From a bacterium (GTDB taxonomy: Bacteria; Zhuqueibacterota; Zhuqueibacteria; Residuimicrobiales; Krinioviventaceae): 64,000 nucleotides of DNA. The notes under the pieces are model-generated. The model was given only the letters and a program-made list of their open reading frames with translations. It had not been told where the DNA came from and searched no databases. A program made the position numbers and the translations under genes. Location of the stretch: contig CAXXMD010000001.1 in NCBI GenBank assembly GCA_963675755.2, forward strand, positions 64,001-128,000, in the 5' to 3' direction. Shown in pieces: positions 38,526 to 48,489 of this stretch. Every line of letters begins with the position of its first letter. The first letter of the stretch is position 1.

Positions 38526-40859
38526 ATGTTTAAAAGAATAAGCCTGATTTTATTATTCATTTATTATAGTCTTTTAGCGTTACCGATTGATGACAATGTG
38601 TTGTATTTAGATGGTGATGGCGATTATTTAAATCTTCCACAAGCTGTAATCAATTCAACAGCTTTTACGGTTGAAGGGTATGCATATATGCATGGTGCTG
38701 GCGGTGGACTATGGAGTCAAAATCCATTTTTTCAACAGAGAAGTCCATACCTGGGGGATGTTGATAGGTCAACTTTGATTTTTGTGACAGAAAATCAACA
38801 TGGTGAAATCGGAATGGGGTTGGCTTCAATTGGTTATTCTTATCAAGATTATCAGTATAATCCCAGAGCCGATTATGGCGAATGGCACCATTATGCATAT
38901 GTTATAACTGGTGAGAATGTTTATATTTATCTTGATGGTGTGAAAATATTAGAGGATGTGTGCAATCAGCATGGTGATTACACATCAGACATATATTTGA
39001 CGGATATTGGTCGTCATACCATGGTGGATACAGATTATGGATATTTTAATGGAATGCTCAATGAAATGCGAATTTGGAATAAAGAGCTAAGTCAAAGTGA
39101 AATACAGGAGTTGAATTTGGGGCAGATTGACCTGGATTCATTTAATCCCTCTGAAAATGGTTTGGTTGCTTATTGGCGATTTGATGAGATTCAATACAAG
39201 GGTACTGAAAATGGTATTTTACGTACAATTGAGGATTTGTCAGGAAATGGTAATACCGGTACATTAATAGATGATGCTGTAATTGTTGATAACACTGAAT
39301 CAATTAGTGAAAATAAAATCAAAGTTGAATCAGTAATATATAATGAAAATGATGTTGCGTTTATCCCCATTAATGTTGATTTTTCTGAAATTTCAGGTTT
39401 TAATACAATTACTTTTAGTATTGAAAAGTCAGACAAGCTAGAACTGTTACAAGTCATTCCCAATTCTCAACTCGTATCTATACCCAATACAGAAATTTCA
39501 TTTGAAACTGTTGATAATTCGACGGTAATAAATGTGCAAAGCACTGAACCGATTTTATCAGAAGGGCTTTTGGTATGGCTTAAAATGTCTGTTCTTGATA
39601 ATAGCAGTGATTTTATTAATGTCAATCTTGATGCGGCGGAGGTTGGGGGGCTGGGTAGTTCTCCATTAATGATTTCAGGGGCTGTAGTAAAAGCTGCTGA
39701 ACCAAAATCCGGAGATGTTTTTCACGATGGTCTGGTTGATGTAAATGATTGCAAGGCTATTCTTGAGCATATAACAGGTATTCAAGAAATAGATCATGAT
39801 CTTTATGATATTGCAGATGTAAATCAGGATGGTTCAATAACCTCTCTGGATGCTAGTATAATTTTGCAGTATATAAATGGCACTATCGATGAATTACCCG
39901 CTCCATATTCGTTGAATTCTTTTCCAGCTTTTGGCGAGATCGGTTTGGGAGATCCCATACAAGGAACCGGCCAACTCGTTTCAATTCCAATTGTAATGAA
40001 TGATGGTGATAATATCTTTTCATTATCTTGTGAAATTAGTTTTAATAGTGAGAGTTATACATTTAATGGATTTAATATGATTTACAATATTGAGCAATTA
40101 TATTCACGGGCACACTACGGCTGTTTAAAATGGAGCTTTGCGTTGGCTGAACCCCTATCCGGAAATGCAATATTGGGTTATATGCAATTCACTAAAAATA
40201 ATACTGATGCCGGTAGTGCTATAATCGCTAGTGATATTTGCTTGAATGAAATTAATAGTACAGTTCCGGTAGAAATGTCTTCTTTTACGGCTCATAATGA
40301 GGATGGTTGTGTTTTACTCCAGTGGACAACAAAGACAGAAACTAATAATTTGGGATTTCATATATATCGGTCAAGTACCCTGGATGGTCCATGGATGAAA
40401 GTAAATCCATCTATTATCCCAGGTAATTGCACTTCATCAGCAGAAAATAAATATTCTTTTATCGATACAGATATTCAAAATTTTTCAAAAATTTATTATA
40501 AAATTGAGCAATTGGACACGGATGGTAGTGTAGCTACTTTTGGTCCTGTGGAGTTGGAAGAGGTAGATGGAGCTGTACCCAATCGTTTTGCATTAAAACA
40601 AAATTATCCGAATCCATTTAATTCAAATACAAGAATAGAGTATTCAGTGCCCAGAGTCGGATATGTTAATATTTCCATTTTTAATACAAGGGGACAATTG
40701 GTTCGGGAACTATTAAATGCCAATCAATCAGCAGGTAATCACGATCTTGTGTGGCAGGGAACCGATCAATTTGGCAATGTGATCTCTTCCGGTGTTTATT
40801 TGGTAAGAATGACCGCGGGGAATTACAATAATACATTAAAAATGCTTTATGTGAAATAA
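38526..40859 (+). CDS. Secreted LamG + cohesin-like + dockerin + cohesin-like + C-terminal sorting domain protein
   Basis: WHHYAYV..IYLDG..FNGMLNEMRIW (LamG); GDVFHDG..ADVNQDGSITSLDA (dockerin); VPVEMSSF; NYPNPFN. Confidence 0.82.
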   Translation: MFKRISLILLFIYYSLLALPIDDNVLYLDGDGDYLNLPQAVINSTAFTVEGYAYMHGAGGGLWSQNPFFQQRSPYLGDVDRSTLIFVTENQHGEIGMGLASIGYSYQDYQYNPRADYGEWHHYAYVITGENVYIYLDGVKILEDVCNQHGDYTSDIYLTDIGRHTMVDTDYGYFNGMLNEMRIWNKELSQSEIQELNLGQIDLDSFNPSENGLVAYWRFDEIQYKGTENGILRTIEDLSGNGNTGTLIDDAVIVDNTESISENKIKVESVIYNENDVAFIPINVDFSEISGFNTITFSIEKSDKLELLQVIPNSQLVSIPNTEISFETVDNSTVINVQSTEPILSEGLLVWLKMSVLDNSSDFINVNLDAAEVGGLGSSPLMISGAVVKAAEPKSGDVFHDGLVDVNDCKAILEHITGIQEIDHDLYDIADVNQDGSITSLDASIILQYINGTIDELPAPYSLNSFPAFGEIGLGDPIQGTGQLVSIPIVMNDGDNIFSLSCEISFNSESYTFNGFNMIYNIEQLYSRAHYGCLKWSFALAEPLSGNAILGYMQFTKNNTDAGSAIIASDICLNEINSTVPVEMSSFTAHNEDGCVLLQWTTKTETNNLGFHIYRSSTLDGPWMKVNPSIIPGNCTSSAENKYSFIDTDIQNFSKIYYKIEQLDTDGSVATFGPVELEEVDGAVPNRFALKQNYPNPFNSNTRIEYSVPRVGYVNISIFNTRGQLVRELLNANQSAGNHDLVWQGTDQFGNVISSGVYLVRMTAGNYNNTLKMLYVK

Positions 40860-40868
40860 TAAAAATTT

Positions 40869-40927
40869 TCCGGTATTTACAAGATGCATTTCAAAAGAAG
40901 CAGATACAATAAATACCGGATTTTTTT
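40869..40927 (+). terminator. Long hairpin/terminator
   Basis: TCCGGTATTTA...TAAATACCGGA followed by T7. Confidence 0.55.
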
Positions 40928-41072
40928 ACAAATTTATCAAGGACTAAACTACGACCTTTTGGCGACAGCGTAAGAGGTATTTGCTTTAAATTTTTGACCT
41001 GTATTATCAATCTGGGATTGAATATTCAAGATAACACGTTTATACAACTGTTACTTACCTCAATAGATAAAA

Positions 41073-41792
41073 TCATTCATTCAACAAGTTTGAAATTTCT
41101 TTACTTATTTTATCTGCCAGTTTGTTATAACCATCCTGATTATAGTGTACATTGCCCTTGGATGCGCTATATTTTTCAAGTTCCGGTTCAACCAGGTTAT
41201 ACAAGTCAATAACCGGGATATTGTTCTCTTGCATGATCTTTTTTGCAATATTGTTTCTGTCAATAACAACCTGGTTCTTATCCGGATCTAACTTTAGATC
41301 AGGTTCATCTGACGGGAAGGGAGTTGTCAAGGAATAGACCAGTTTGCAATTTTTTGATTTTTCAGATTTAAGAAATTTAACAAATTTTCTCAAGTTCATT
41401 TCATATTGGCTATTGTCAAGGTGCCAGCCATGAAGTCCGTTATTAAAATGAATTATTACATGGTTATAATTTGCCATAGCAATTTTTGATTCAATCATCA
41501 ATGATGGATCTGCAATGGATCTGGATGTAGCGTATCGATCGCAATTGACTTGCGGGAGCTTTTCTGAAACTGCTTTATAGTATCCTCTTGAAATAGAATC
41601 CCCAATAAACAATACACGGGGCTTTTCTGTATCGGGTTCATTTGCCCACCAGAAATCGCACCACTCGATTTTTTCACGAATTACTTGTGTTTTCGTGCAA
41701 CCTGTTATAATAAAACCCGTTAATAATATCAAATAAAGTGTTTTTGAAAAAATCATCCTGTTCCATTGAAACCTGGGCATCGCGTTTTTCAT
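41073..41792 (-). CDS. SGNH/GDSL hydrolase lipoprotein
   Basis: IGDSIS, FNNGLHG, NVHY; ITGC lipobox (true start may be a downstream Met). Confidence 0.85.
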   Translation of the reverse strand: MKNAMPRFQWNRMIFSKTLYLILLTGFIITGCTKTQVIREKIEWCDFWWANEPDTEKPRVLFIGDSISRGYYKAVSEKLPQVNCDRYATSRSIADPSLMIESKIAMANYNHVIIHFNNGLHGWHLDNSQYEMNLRKFVKFLKSEKSKNCKLVYSLTTPFPSDEPDLKLDPDKNQVVIDRNNIAKKIMQENNIPVIDLYNLVEPELEKYSASKGNVHYNQDGYNKLADKISKEISNLLNE

Positions 41793-41927
41793 TACTTATT
41801 CCTTTTAATTATTAATTTTCAGTATGTTTAAAAAGGAATGAAATAATTTGATAAAAATCAATATAATATATCATTGAAAAATACAGATTCATTTCAATCA
41901 AAATATATATCATTGCATTTTTCCGGT

Positions 41928-41950
41928 ATTTGTGATATACTACCACAAAT
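41928..41950. promoter_or_regulatory. Palindromic operator upstream of uxaA (GntR/ExuR-like)
   Basis: ATTTGTGATA-TAC-TACCACAAAT, one mismatch, immediately before the RBS. Confidence 0.55.
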
Positions 41951-41962
41951 ATATGAGGTGAT

Positions 41963-43612
41963 ATGAATACCAGAGCTGTATTACTAATACATAAAAATGA
42001 TAATGTTGCTGTGGCACTGCGGTCGCTTGCAGCGGGGGAGCGTGTCAAAATTGGGGAAAAGTCTGTTATCATAAATAAAGACATTCCTGCCAAGCATTCT
42101 ATTGCATTGCAGGATATGCCCGTTGCCTCTCCCGTGATTATGCATGGTATCCTGGTGGGTGAGACGACTTGTCCTGTTAAATCTGGAGAGCGTTTGGGCA
42201 CGCATAATCTTGTACACAAGACCACAGGATTTTCTTACCGCGGAGTTGTGCAGCAATGGACGCCACCGGATGTATCTGCTCTGCGAGAAATAACCTTCAG
42301 GGGCTACATGCGTAAAAATGGTTCTGTGGGTACGGCTAATAACTGGATTGTGGCGCCGCTGGTGTTTTGTGAAAATGAAAATATCCTGAAACTGAAAAAG
42401 GCTTTTGAAGCTATTAACGGACTGCACGGACGATCCCGTTACCGTCAGCTTGCAGACCAGTTGTCCCATGCCTGGAGTTCCGGTACGAGTGAGGAAGAAC
42501 TGAAATCGCTGGATTTCACCTACATAGCAGAATCAACTCGGTTACTGTTCCCGAATGTGGACGGTATCAAGTTTCTTACACATGAATCCGGTTGCGGTGG
42601 TACACGTAAAGACGCTCATGATTTGTGCGCTCTTTTGGCGGGATACATTACGCATCCCAATACCGCTGGGGCGACTATACTCAGCCTGGGCTGCCAGAAC
42701 GCCCAGATACAGGATTTACAAGAAGTTATTCATGCGCGCGATCCTCAATTTGACAAACCGTTGTATATACTGGATCAGCAGCAATACGGAAGCGGTGAAT
42801 CCATGCTGGATGACGCTGTGAGAAGGACATTTGCGGGGCTCGTTGAGGCCAACAAGGCCGAACGACAGTCTGTGCTTGTCAACAAGCTGGTGATTGGTGT
42901 CGAATGCGGTGGTTCTGACGGGTTTTCCGGTATAACCGCCAATCCATTAATGGGCCGTATTGCGGACCGGATTGCAGCCATTGGTGGCAGCGTCATTCTG
43001 GGCGAATTTCCCGAGTTTGGAGGTGCAGAGCAATCCCTGATCGATCGCTGTGTGGATAAAGAGGCAGCAGAACGGTTTATCAAATTGTATCGGGATTATG
43101 AAACGCGAGCCAACTCGGTGGGGGCGGGATTCGATATGAATCCGTCTCCGGGTAACATCCGTGAGGGTCTGATAACTGACGCTATGAAATCTGCCGGCGC
43201 TGTAACAAAAGGCGGGACCTCTCCGGTAACGGATGTGCTTGATTATCCTGGCTATGTTACAAAAGCAGGGCTCAATTTGCTGTTGACACCGGGCAACGAT
43301 GTGGAATCCACAACTGCATTGGTGGCTGCTGGAGCAAATTTAGTACTTTTTTCCACGGGACTCGGAACGCCCACGGGGAACCCTATTGTTCCGGTGATCA
43401 AGATCGCCAGCAACACGCAGACTGCACGACGTATGACAGATATCATTGATTTTGACGCCGGTGTGCTAATTGATGGGGAGAAATCCATGGAAGCGTTGAC
43501 AGATGAATTGATCCTAATGCTTATAAAAACAGCCGGGGGAGAGTATACTCCCAAAGCAGTTCTGAATCACCAGGACGATTTTATCCCCTGGAAGCGGGAT
43601 GTTTCGTTGTAA
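41963..43612 (+). CDS. uxaA: Altronate dehydratase
   Basis: N-terminal SAF domain (DNVAVAL), ECGGSDGFSG, NPSPGN, STGLGTPTG. Confidence 0.92.
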   Translation: MNTRAVLLIHKNDNVAVALRSLAAGERVKIGEKSVIINKDIPAKHSIALQDMPVASPVIMHGILVGETTCPVKSGERLGTHNLVHKTTGFSYRGVVQQWTPPDVSALREITFRGYMRKNGSVGTANNWIVAPLVFCENENILKLKKAFEAINGLHGRSRYRQLADQLSHAWSSGTSEEELKSLDFTYIAESTRLLFPNVDGIKFLTHESGCGGTRKDAHDLCALLAGYITHPNTAGATILSLGCQNAQIQDLQEVIHARDPQFDKPLYILDQQQYGSGESMLDDAVRRTFAGLVEANKAERQSVLVNKLVIGVECGGSDGFSGITANPLMGRIADRIAAIGGSVILGEFPEFGGAEQSLIDRCVDKEAAERFIKLYRDYETRANSVGAGFDMNPSPGNIREGLITDAMKSAGAVTKGGTSPVTDVLDYPGYVTKAGLNLLLTPGNDVESTTALVAAGANLVLFSTGLGTPTGNPIVPVIKIASNTQTARRMTDIIDFDAGVLIDGEKSMEALTDELILMLIKTAGGEYTPKAVLNHQDDFIPWKRDVSL

Positions 43613-43676
43613 AAACAATCATGTGAACAATATATTGTCGATGATAAAAGGTGGATGATTAATATATTATGGAGAT

Positions 43677-44090
43677 ATGGAAATGGTGGAGAATAAATAT
43701 GGATCATGCCTTTGCAGTAAAGTAAAATTCGAGATAGAAGGCGATTTTGAAAATTTCTATCTTTGCCACTGTAAACGCTGTCGTAAGGATACAGGATCTG
43801 CTCATGCAGCGAATCTCTTTTCTTCGACCGCCAGTATAACATGGGTATCAGGTAAAGAACTAGTCAAAACATATACGGTACCCAATTCTCAGCATAAAAA
43901 GGCTTTTTGTTCTGAATGTGGCTCCGCATTACCCAATCTTCAAATGGATGGTGCGCTTTTGGTAGTACCGGCAGGATGCCTTGATAGTTATTTACCCATA
44001 GTGCCAGATGCACATATATTTGTTACCAGTAGAGCTGAGTGGGATAACGATTTGGAAAAATTACCAAAAATTGACCAATTACCAGAATAA
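43677..44090 (+). CDS. GFA/CENP-V family protein
   Basis: GSCLC, CHCKRCRK, FCSECGS. Confidence 0.92.
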   Translation: MEMVENKYGSCLCSKVKFEIEGDFENFYLCHCKRCRKDTGSAHAANLFSSTASITWVSGKELVKTYTVPNSQHKKAFCSECGSALPNLQMDGALLVVPAGCLDSYLPIVPDAHIFVTSRAEWDNDLEKLPKIDQLPE

Positions 44091-44146
44091 TGTTTCAGTT
44101 TCTTTATTTATTTTTTAAATTCATCTGGTTTTAGAAATTAATTATT

Positions 44147-44926
44147 ATGAAAATAAAATTGGATCCGCCGTCACTGCCATTGGCAGCGTATGTGAAATAT
44201 TTTTGGGTATTAGAATCCTGTGCAGAGACACATTCCGAATTGGTATATCCTACCGGCAATTTTCAATTGCTCTTTCATTACAAAAATCCATTTTGCAATG
44301 TGTTTGCAGACGGAACAAAGACACAACAGGCACAGTTTCTGGTGTCGGGACAGAAAACCGGTTACCGCAATGTAATGACATACCTGGATCATGGCGTTGT
44401 TGGTGTGGAATTGTATCCTTTTGCTGCTTTTGCATTTTTCCCCTTTTCGTTATCCGAACTTTTAAATCAGGATCCAGAGTTGTCACATATCTACAGGGAT
44501 TGGAAAAATTATGAATGGCAGTTCCTGGATTGTGAGAACGCCCAACAACGAGTTCAAATAGTTGAATCATTTTTGATCAGCAAATTGCATGTTGGTGATC
44601 AAAGTGATTTTCGACTGGTGCAATCCTGTCTGGTCGAGATAGAGCAGCAAAAGGGATTAATTGTTATGGAACGACTGCAACAAAAATACCATATGGGTGA
44701 AAGAGCTTTGGAAAGACTGTTTCAACAGAAGGTTGGAGTCTCACCTAAAAAATATTGTGATATCTTGAAATTTAATCATGCAATAGATCTAATCAAATCA
44801 AAAAAATATTTATCATTAACCGAAATTGGCTATCTGGCTGGATATTATGATCAGTCTCATTTTATAAAAAGCTGTAAACAGTACACCGGGCACACTCCAT
44901 CATCAATACAAAGCCTTTGCGCATAA
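44147..44926 (+). CDS. AraC regulator with DUF6597-type N-terminus
   Basis: LAAYVKYFW; RALERLF..VGVSPK; GYYDQSHFIK. Confidence 0.9.
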   Translation: MKIKLDPPSLPLAAYVKYFWVLESCAETHSELVYPTGNFQLLFHYKNPFCNVFADGTKTQQAQFLVSGQKTGYRNVMTYLDHGVVGVELYPFAAFAFFPFSLSELLNQDPELSHIYRDWKNYEWQFLDCENAQQRVQIVESFLISKLHVGDQSDFRLVQSCLVEIEQQKGLIVMERLQQKYHMGERALERLFQQKVGVSPKKYCDILKFNHAIDLIKSKKYLSLTEIGYLAGYYDQSHFIKSCKQYTGHTPSSIQSLCA

Positions 44927-45014
44927 ATTTTTGATACAATTTGTCGGATTTTTACAATTTAATCCGGATCTTTTTCCATAATTTATCTGATGTTAAAATG
45001 AGGAGAATTGAATC

Positions 45015-46223
45015 TTGGATAATTTAAACAATACCGCAGAGAGCTATCTTGATACACTGTGTAATGTTATACCAAACCGGGCGGTTGGCAGTACCGGTAA
45101 CCGAATGGCTACAGATTTTTTTCAACAGGAATTAAAAAAAAGGGGATGGAATATTGCATCACAGGAATTCAGCGCAATGGATTGGAAAACCGATTGTGCG
45201 TTACTAAAGGTAGATGACCAAGAATTTGAGGTGTTTTCGAGTACATATTCATTAGGATGTAATATTAATGCACCGTTGGTTTGTGCATCGAATAAAGAAG
45301 AGTTGGAATCTATTAACGCTACCGACAAAATCTTGCTTTTACATGGTGAAATTACTGCCGAGCAACTTATGCCCAAAAATTTTGTTTTTTATAATCCTGA
45401 ACGACATCAAAAAATTATATCGCTTTTAGAGAGCAGCGGGGTAAAGGCAATTATTACAGCTACAGGACGGAATTCTGCTTTGGCTGGGGGTGCTTATCCC
45501 TTTCCCCTGATAGAAGACGGGGATTTTGATGTGCCATCAGTTTTTATGACGGAAGAAGAGGGAATAAGACTTTTAAACTATATAGGAAAAAAGGTTTCTC
45601 TTGAATCCAAGGCAGAACGGTTTCCAGCAAACGGCTGCAATATGATAGGTACAAAAGGAAAAGGTCCCAAGAAAATTGTGATTACCGCACACATAGATGC
45701 CAAGAAAGGAACGCCCGGTGCTATTGATAATGCTACCGGGATTCTTGTCTTACTTTTGCTTGCTGATTTGCACAGGGATTATAAAGGTAGTACACAAATA
45801 GAGTTGACAGCTCTAAATGGTGAAGATTATTATGCAGTACCTGGTCAGATGGAATACATTCGGCAAAATGAAGACAATTTTGATGATATCTTGTTGAATA
45901 TCAATATTGATGGAGCCGGTTATATCGGCAGTGAAATAGCTTTTTCTTTTTTTGATGTTCCTGATAGATATAAGCGTCCACTTTTAAATATAATGAACAA
46001 TTATTCAGATATTAAAGATGGTGCTTTATGGCCTCAGGGAGATCATAGCATCTTTGTTCAATATGGGCGCCCTGCTTTGGCAGTAACCTCGCTCTGGTTT
46101 ATAGAAAATATGGAGACACAGGATGTAACACATACATCCAAAGATAACCCGACAATCGTTGATTGTAATAAAATAGTTACCATTTCCAAAGCGATTACAG
46201 ATTTTATTAATATGATTGGTTAA
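45015..46223 (+). CDS. M28 family Zn peptidase with PA-like insert
   Basis: AHID, GAIDNATG, NGED, GDH, THTSKD; TTG start with GAGGAG RBS. Confidence 0.88.
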   Translation: MDNLNNTAESYLDTLCNVIPNRAVGSTGNRMATDFFQQELKKRGWNIASQEFSAMDWKTDCALLKVDDQEFEVFSSTYSLGCNINAPLVCASNKEELESINATDKILLLHGEITAEQLMPKNFVFYNPERHQKIISLLESSGVKAIITATGRNSALAGGAYPFPLIEDGDFDVPSVFMTEEEGIRLLNYIGKKVSLESKAERFPANGCNMIGTKGKGPKKIVITAHIDAKKGTPGAIDNATGILVLLLLADLHRDYKGSTQIELTALNGEDYYAVPGQMEYIRQNEDNFDDILLNINIDGAGYIGSEIAFSFFDVPDRYKRPLLNIMNNYSDIKDGALWPQGDHSIFVQYGRPALAVTSLWFIENMETQDVTHTSKDNPTIVDCNKIVTISKAITDFINMIG

Positions 46224-46230
46224 AACAAAA

Positions 46231-46263
46231 AAACCTCCGACAAGACTGGCTTGTCGGAGGTTT
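46231..46263. terminator. Bidirectional terminator
   Basis: AAACCTCCGACAAG-ACTGG-CTTGTCGGAGGTTT. Confidence 0.85.
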
Positions 46264-46286
46264 ATGTAGGAGAACAGGAGAGAAAA

Positions 46287-47003
46287 TCAGTTGTTACCAC
46301 CTCTGCCTCTTGAAGGTGTTGAATCATCAGAGCGTCCAAAACCTACTGTGGTATTTGTTACGCCACGTCCAAGACAATCTTCCGGGCGGACCCAATCAGA
46401 GTCCTGACCATTGGGGATACCGTCACTGTCATCATCCGGTGCATTGTCATTGATTCCATCACCGTCTTCGTCAACAAATGCATGCATGCTGCGACCTTTA
46501 CCATTACCAAAACCGTTTTTGCTGCCAGCTGCTACGTAATCAGCATCCTGACCATTGGGGATTCCATCACCATCTGCATCCGGTGCATTGTCATTATAGC
46601 CGTCACCATCTTCGTCTACAAAACTATTTGCGCCTTGTTTCTGACCATTTCCTGCGGCACTACCCTGGCCAGCTTGTGCTACATAATCTTCATCCATGCC
46701 ATTGGGGATTCCATCGCCATCTGCATCCGGTGCATTGTCGTTATAGCCGTCGCCATCTTCGTCCACAAAGCCTTCACCAGAAACCCCCTGACCATTGCCA
46801 GAATCTGTACGGACATAATCTTCATCCATACCATTTGGGATTCCATCGCCATCAGCGTCCGGGGCATTGTCATTGTAGCCATCACCATTGAGGTCTACAA
46901 ATTTGACTCCATGTTCAGTGGTTTGTGAGAATACAGAGGTGCTGGCAAATGCTGTCATTGCCAAAGCAAGAAGCAGAACGGATAAGGTTTTTGATGTTTT
47001 CAT
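46287..47003 (-). CDS. Secreted acidic Ca2+-binding repeat protein (thrombospondin type-3-like)
   Basis: Signal peptide; four FVDxxGDGxNDNAPDxDxDGIPNGxDxD repeats with Gly-rich linkers. Confidence 0.85.
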   Translation of the reverse strand: MKTSKTLSVLLLALAMTAFASTSVFSQTTEHGVKFVDLNGDGYNDNAPDADGDGIPNGMDEDYVRTDSGNGQGVSGEGFVDEDGDGYNDNAPDADGDGIPNGMDEDYVAQAGQGSAAGNGQKQGANSFVDEDGDGYNDNAPDADGDGIPNGQDADYVAAGSKNGFGNGKGRSMHAFVDEDGDGINDNAPDDDSDGIPNGQDSDWVRPEDCLGRGVTNTTVGFGRSDDSTPSRGRGGNN

Positions 47004-47055
47004 GATGTAACTCCTTTTGTTATGTTAGTTGTTTGTCTGTTTCTGCTTCTGTTTA

Positions 47056-47072
47056 GGCAACTGCCGTGCCAT
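47056..47072 (-). promoter_or_regulatory. sigma54 promoter ATGGCACGGCAGTTGCC
   Basis: Near-consensus TGGCACG-N4-TTGC; IHF-like site at 47089-47101; palindrome TTTCGAC-N6-GTCGAAA at 47147-47166. Confidence 0.8.
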
Positions 47073-47308
47073 AAAATATTTATGTATATAAGGCATTGTT
47101 ATTAATCGGTTTATTTGTGTTTCGTGGATTTGATGATATTGTTAAGTTTCGACGATATGGTCGAAATGGTCGCCTAAATTGTAAATTATAAAAAGGTTTT
47201 TTTTAAATAATTATTTGATTATTTTGAAACTTTTTGCTACATTATCCGTAGCAAGCTACAGATATAATAGTGATATTTTTTGCTTGTAAAGTAAAAGGAG
47301 AATTGTGG

Positions 47309-48109
47309 ATGATGTATGATAATGCTAAATTTGTTTATTTTTCACCAACCGGAACAACCAGGTCAATTGTTCACGCCATTGCAAATGGAATGAAAATCCG
47401 TAATGTTGAATTGATTGATATTTCCCAACCTGAAGCTCGTTCTCAATCCATGAACATATTGGAAAACGAGTTATTACTTTTAGCAGTCCCTGTTTATATG
47501 GGGCGAGTACCCGCACTGTTGTACGATTTTATTAATTCAATCCAGGCTAATAACACTCTTGCTGTTTGTGTTGTTGTATATGGAAATCGGGCTTTTGACG
47601 ATGCATTGCTAGAGTTGAATGACATGTTGAAAAATCGAGGATGCATTCCATTTACCGGAGCGGCATTTATTGGTGAGCATTCTTTTTCCAGTACTGATTT
47701 GCCCACTGCGCATGGGCGTCCTGATGTAAAAGATTTGAAACATGCAGAGGTATTTGGACGTAGAATACAGCAAAAATTATTCTCACTTGATTCTATTGCA
47801 GGACTGCACTCTATTACCTTTCCTGGAAACAACCCATATGGTGGTGTTATAAAAATATGGGATGTCGATTTTATTAAAGTTGGTAACGAATGTAATCAAT
47901 GTGGTGTTTGTGCGGACATGTGTCCTGTTGGTGCTATTGATTTGGAAAAAAGTGATTCGATTGATATAATAAAGTGCATTTCATGTTGTGCCTGCATTAA
48001 ATATTGTCCACAAAAAGCCAGATCAATTAAGGCAAGCCCTGTTCAGGATGCTGCTCTGCGGTTGCATACATTATATGGTGAACGTAAAGAACCCGAGATT
48101 TTTATTTAA
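47309..48109 (+). CDS. EFR1-type flavodoxin-ferredoxin fusion
   Basis: YFSPTGTT, VVYGNR, two CxxCxxCxxxCP motifs. Confidence 0.9.
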   Translation: MMYDNAKFVYFSPTGTTRSIVHAIANGMKIRNVELIDISQPEARSQSMNILENELLLLAVPVYMGRVPALLYDFINSIQANNTLAVCVVVYGNRAFDDALLELNDMLKNRGCIPFTGAAFIGEHSFSSTDLPTAHGRPDVKDLKHAEVFGRRIQQKLFSLDSIAGLHSITFPGNNPYGGVIKIWDVDFIKVGNECNQCGVCADMCPVGAIDLEKSDSIDIIKCISCCACIKYCPQKARSIKASPVQDAALRLHTLYGERKEPEIFI

Positions 48110-48140
48110 TGATCAATTTAGATTAATGCGTGAGGGAAAA

Positions 48141-48479
48141 ATGTCAATACCAACACCGGGAATGCCAGTTCGAGGTTCAAAAACCGGTATTCCTATAATG
48201 GCGCTTTTTGATTTACTTGGCCGGACCTGGGCAATGGGAGTCATCTGGCAGCTGCAAAATGGTCCCTTTACATTCAGGGAACTCCAGGAAAGATGTGAAT
48301 CCATTTCTCCTACAATATTAAACAGCCGCATAAAAGATTTGCGAAAAGCTGATATTGTAGAACGAACACTGGATGGATATCAATTAACGGAAAGAGGTAA
48401 GGAACTGATTGATATTATACGCCCTTTTGGCCAGTGGTCATGGAAATGGGCGAGAGAAGTTTTTGATTATAATGAATAA
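48141..48479 (+). CDS. HxlR-family winged-helix regulator
   Basis: PVRGSKTG.PIMALFDLLGR.W, FRELQ, ISPTILN.R, YQLTERG. Confidence 0.88.
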   Translation: MSIPTPGMPVRGSKTGIPIMALFDLLGRTWAMGVIWQLQNGPFTFRELQERCESISPTILNSRIKDLRKADIVERTLDGYQLTERGKELIDIIRPFGQWSWKWAREVFDYNE

Positions 48480-48489
48480 CTAAAAAAAT

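Noticed and set aside
40949-41047. Short minus-strand ORF ending ...ANTSYAVAKRS, reminiscent of a tmRNA tag
   Set aside because: Does not end in AA-stop and has no tRNA-like ends; too little support for tmRNA or for a gene
46400-46905. Spaced DNA direct repeats resembling a CRISPR array, and His-rich plus-strand ORFs
   Set aside because: The repeats are in-frame coding units of the Ca-binding protein with synonymous variation; there are no cas genes and the His-rich ORFs are antisense artefacts
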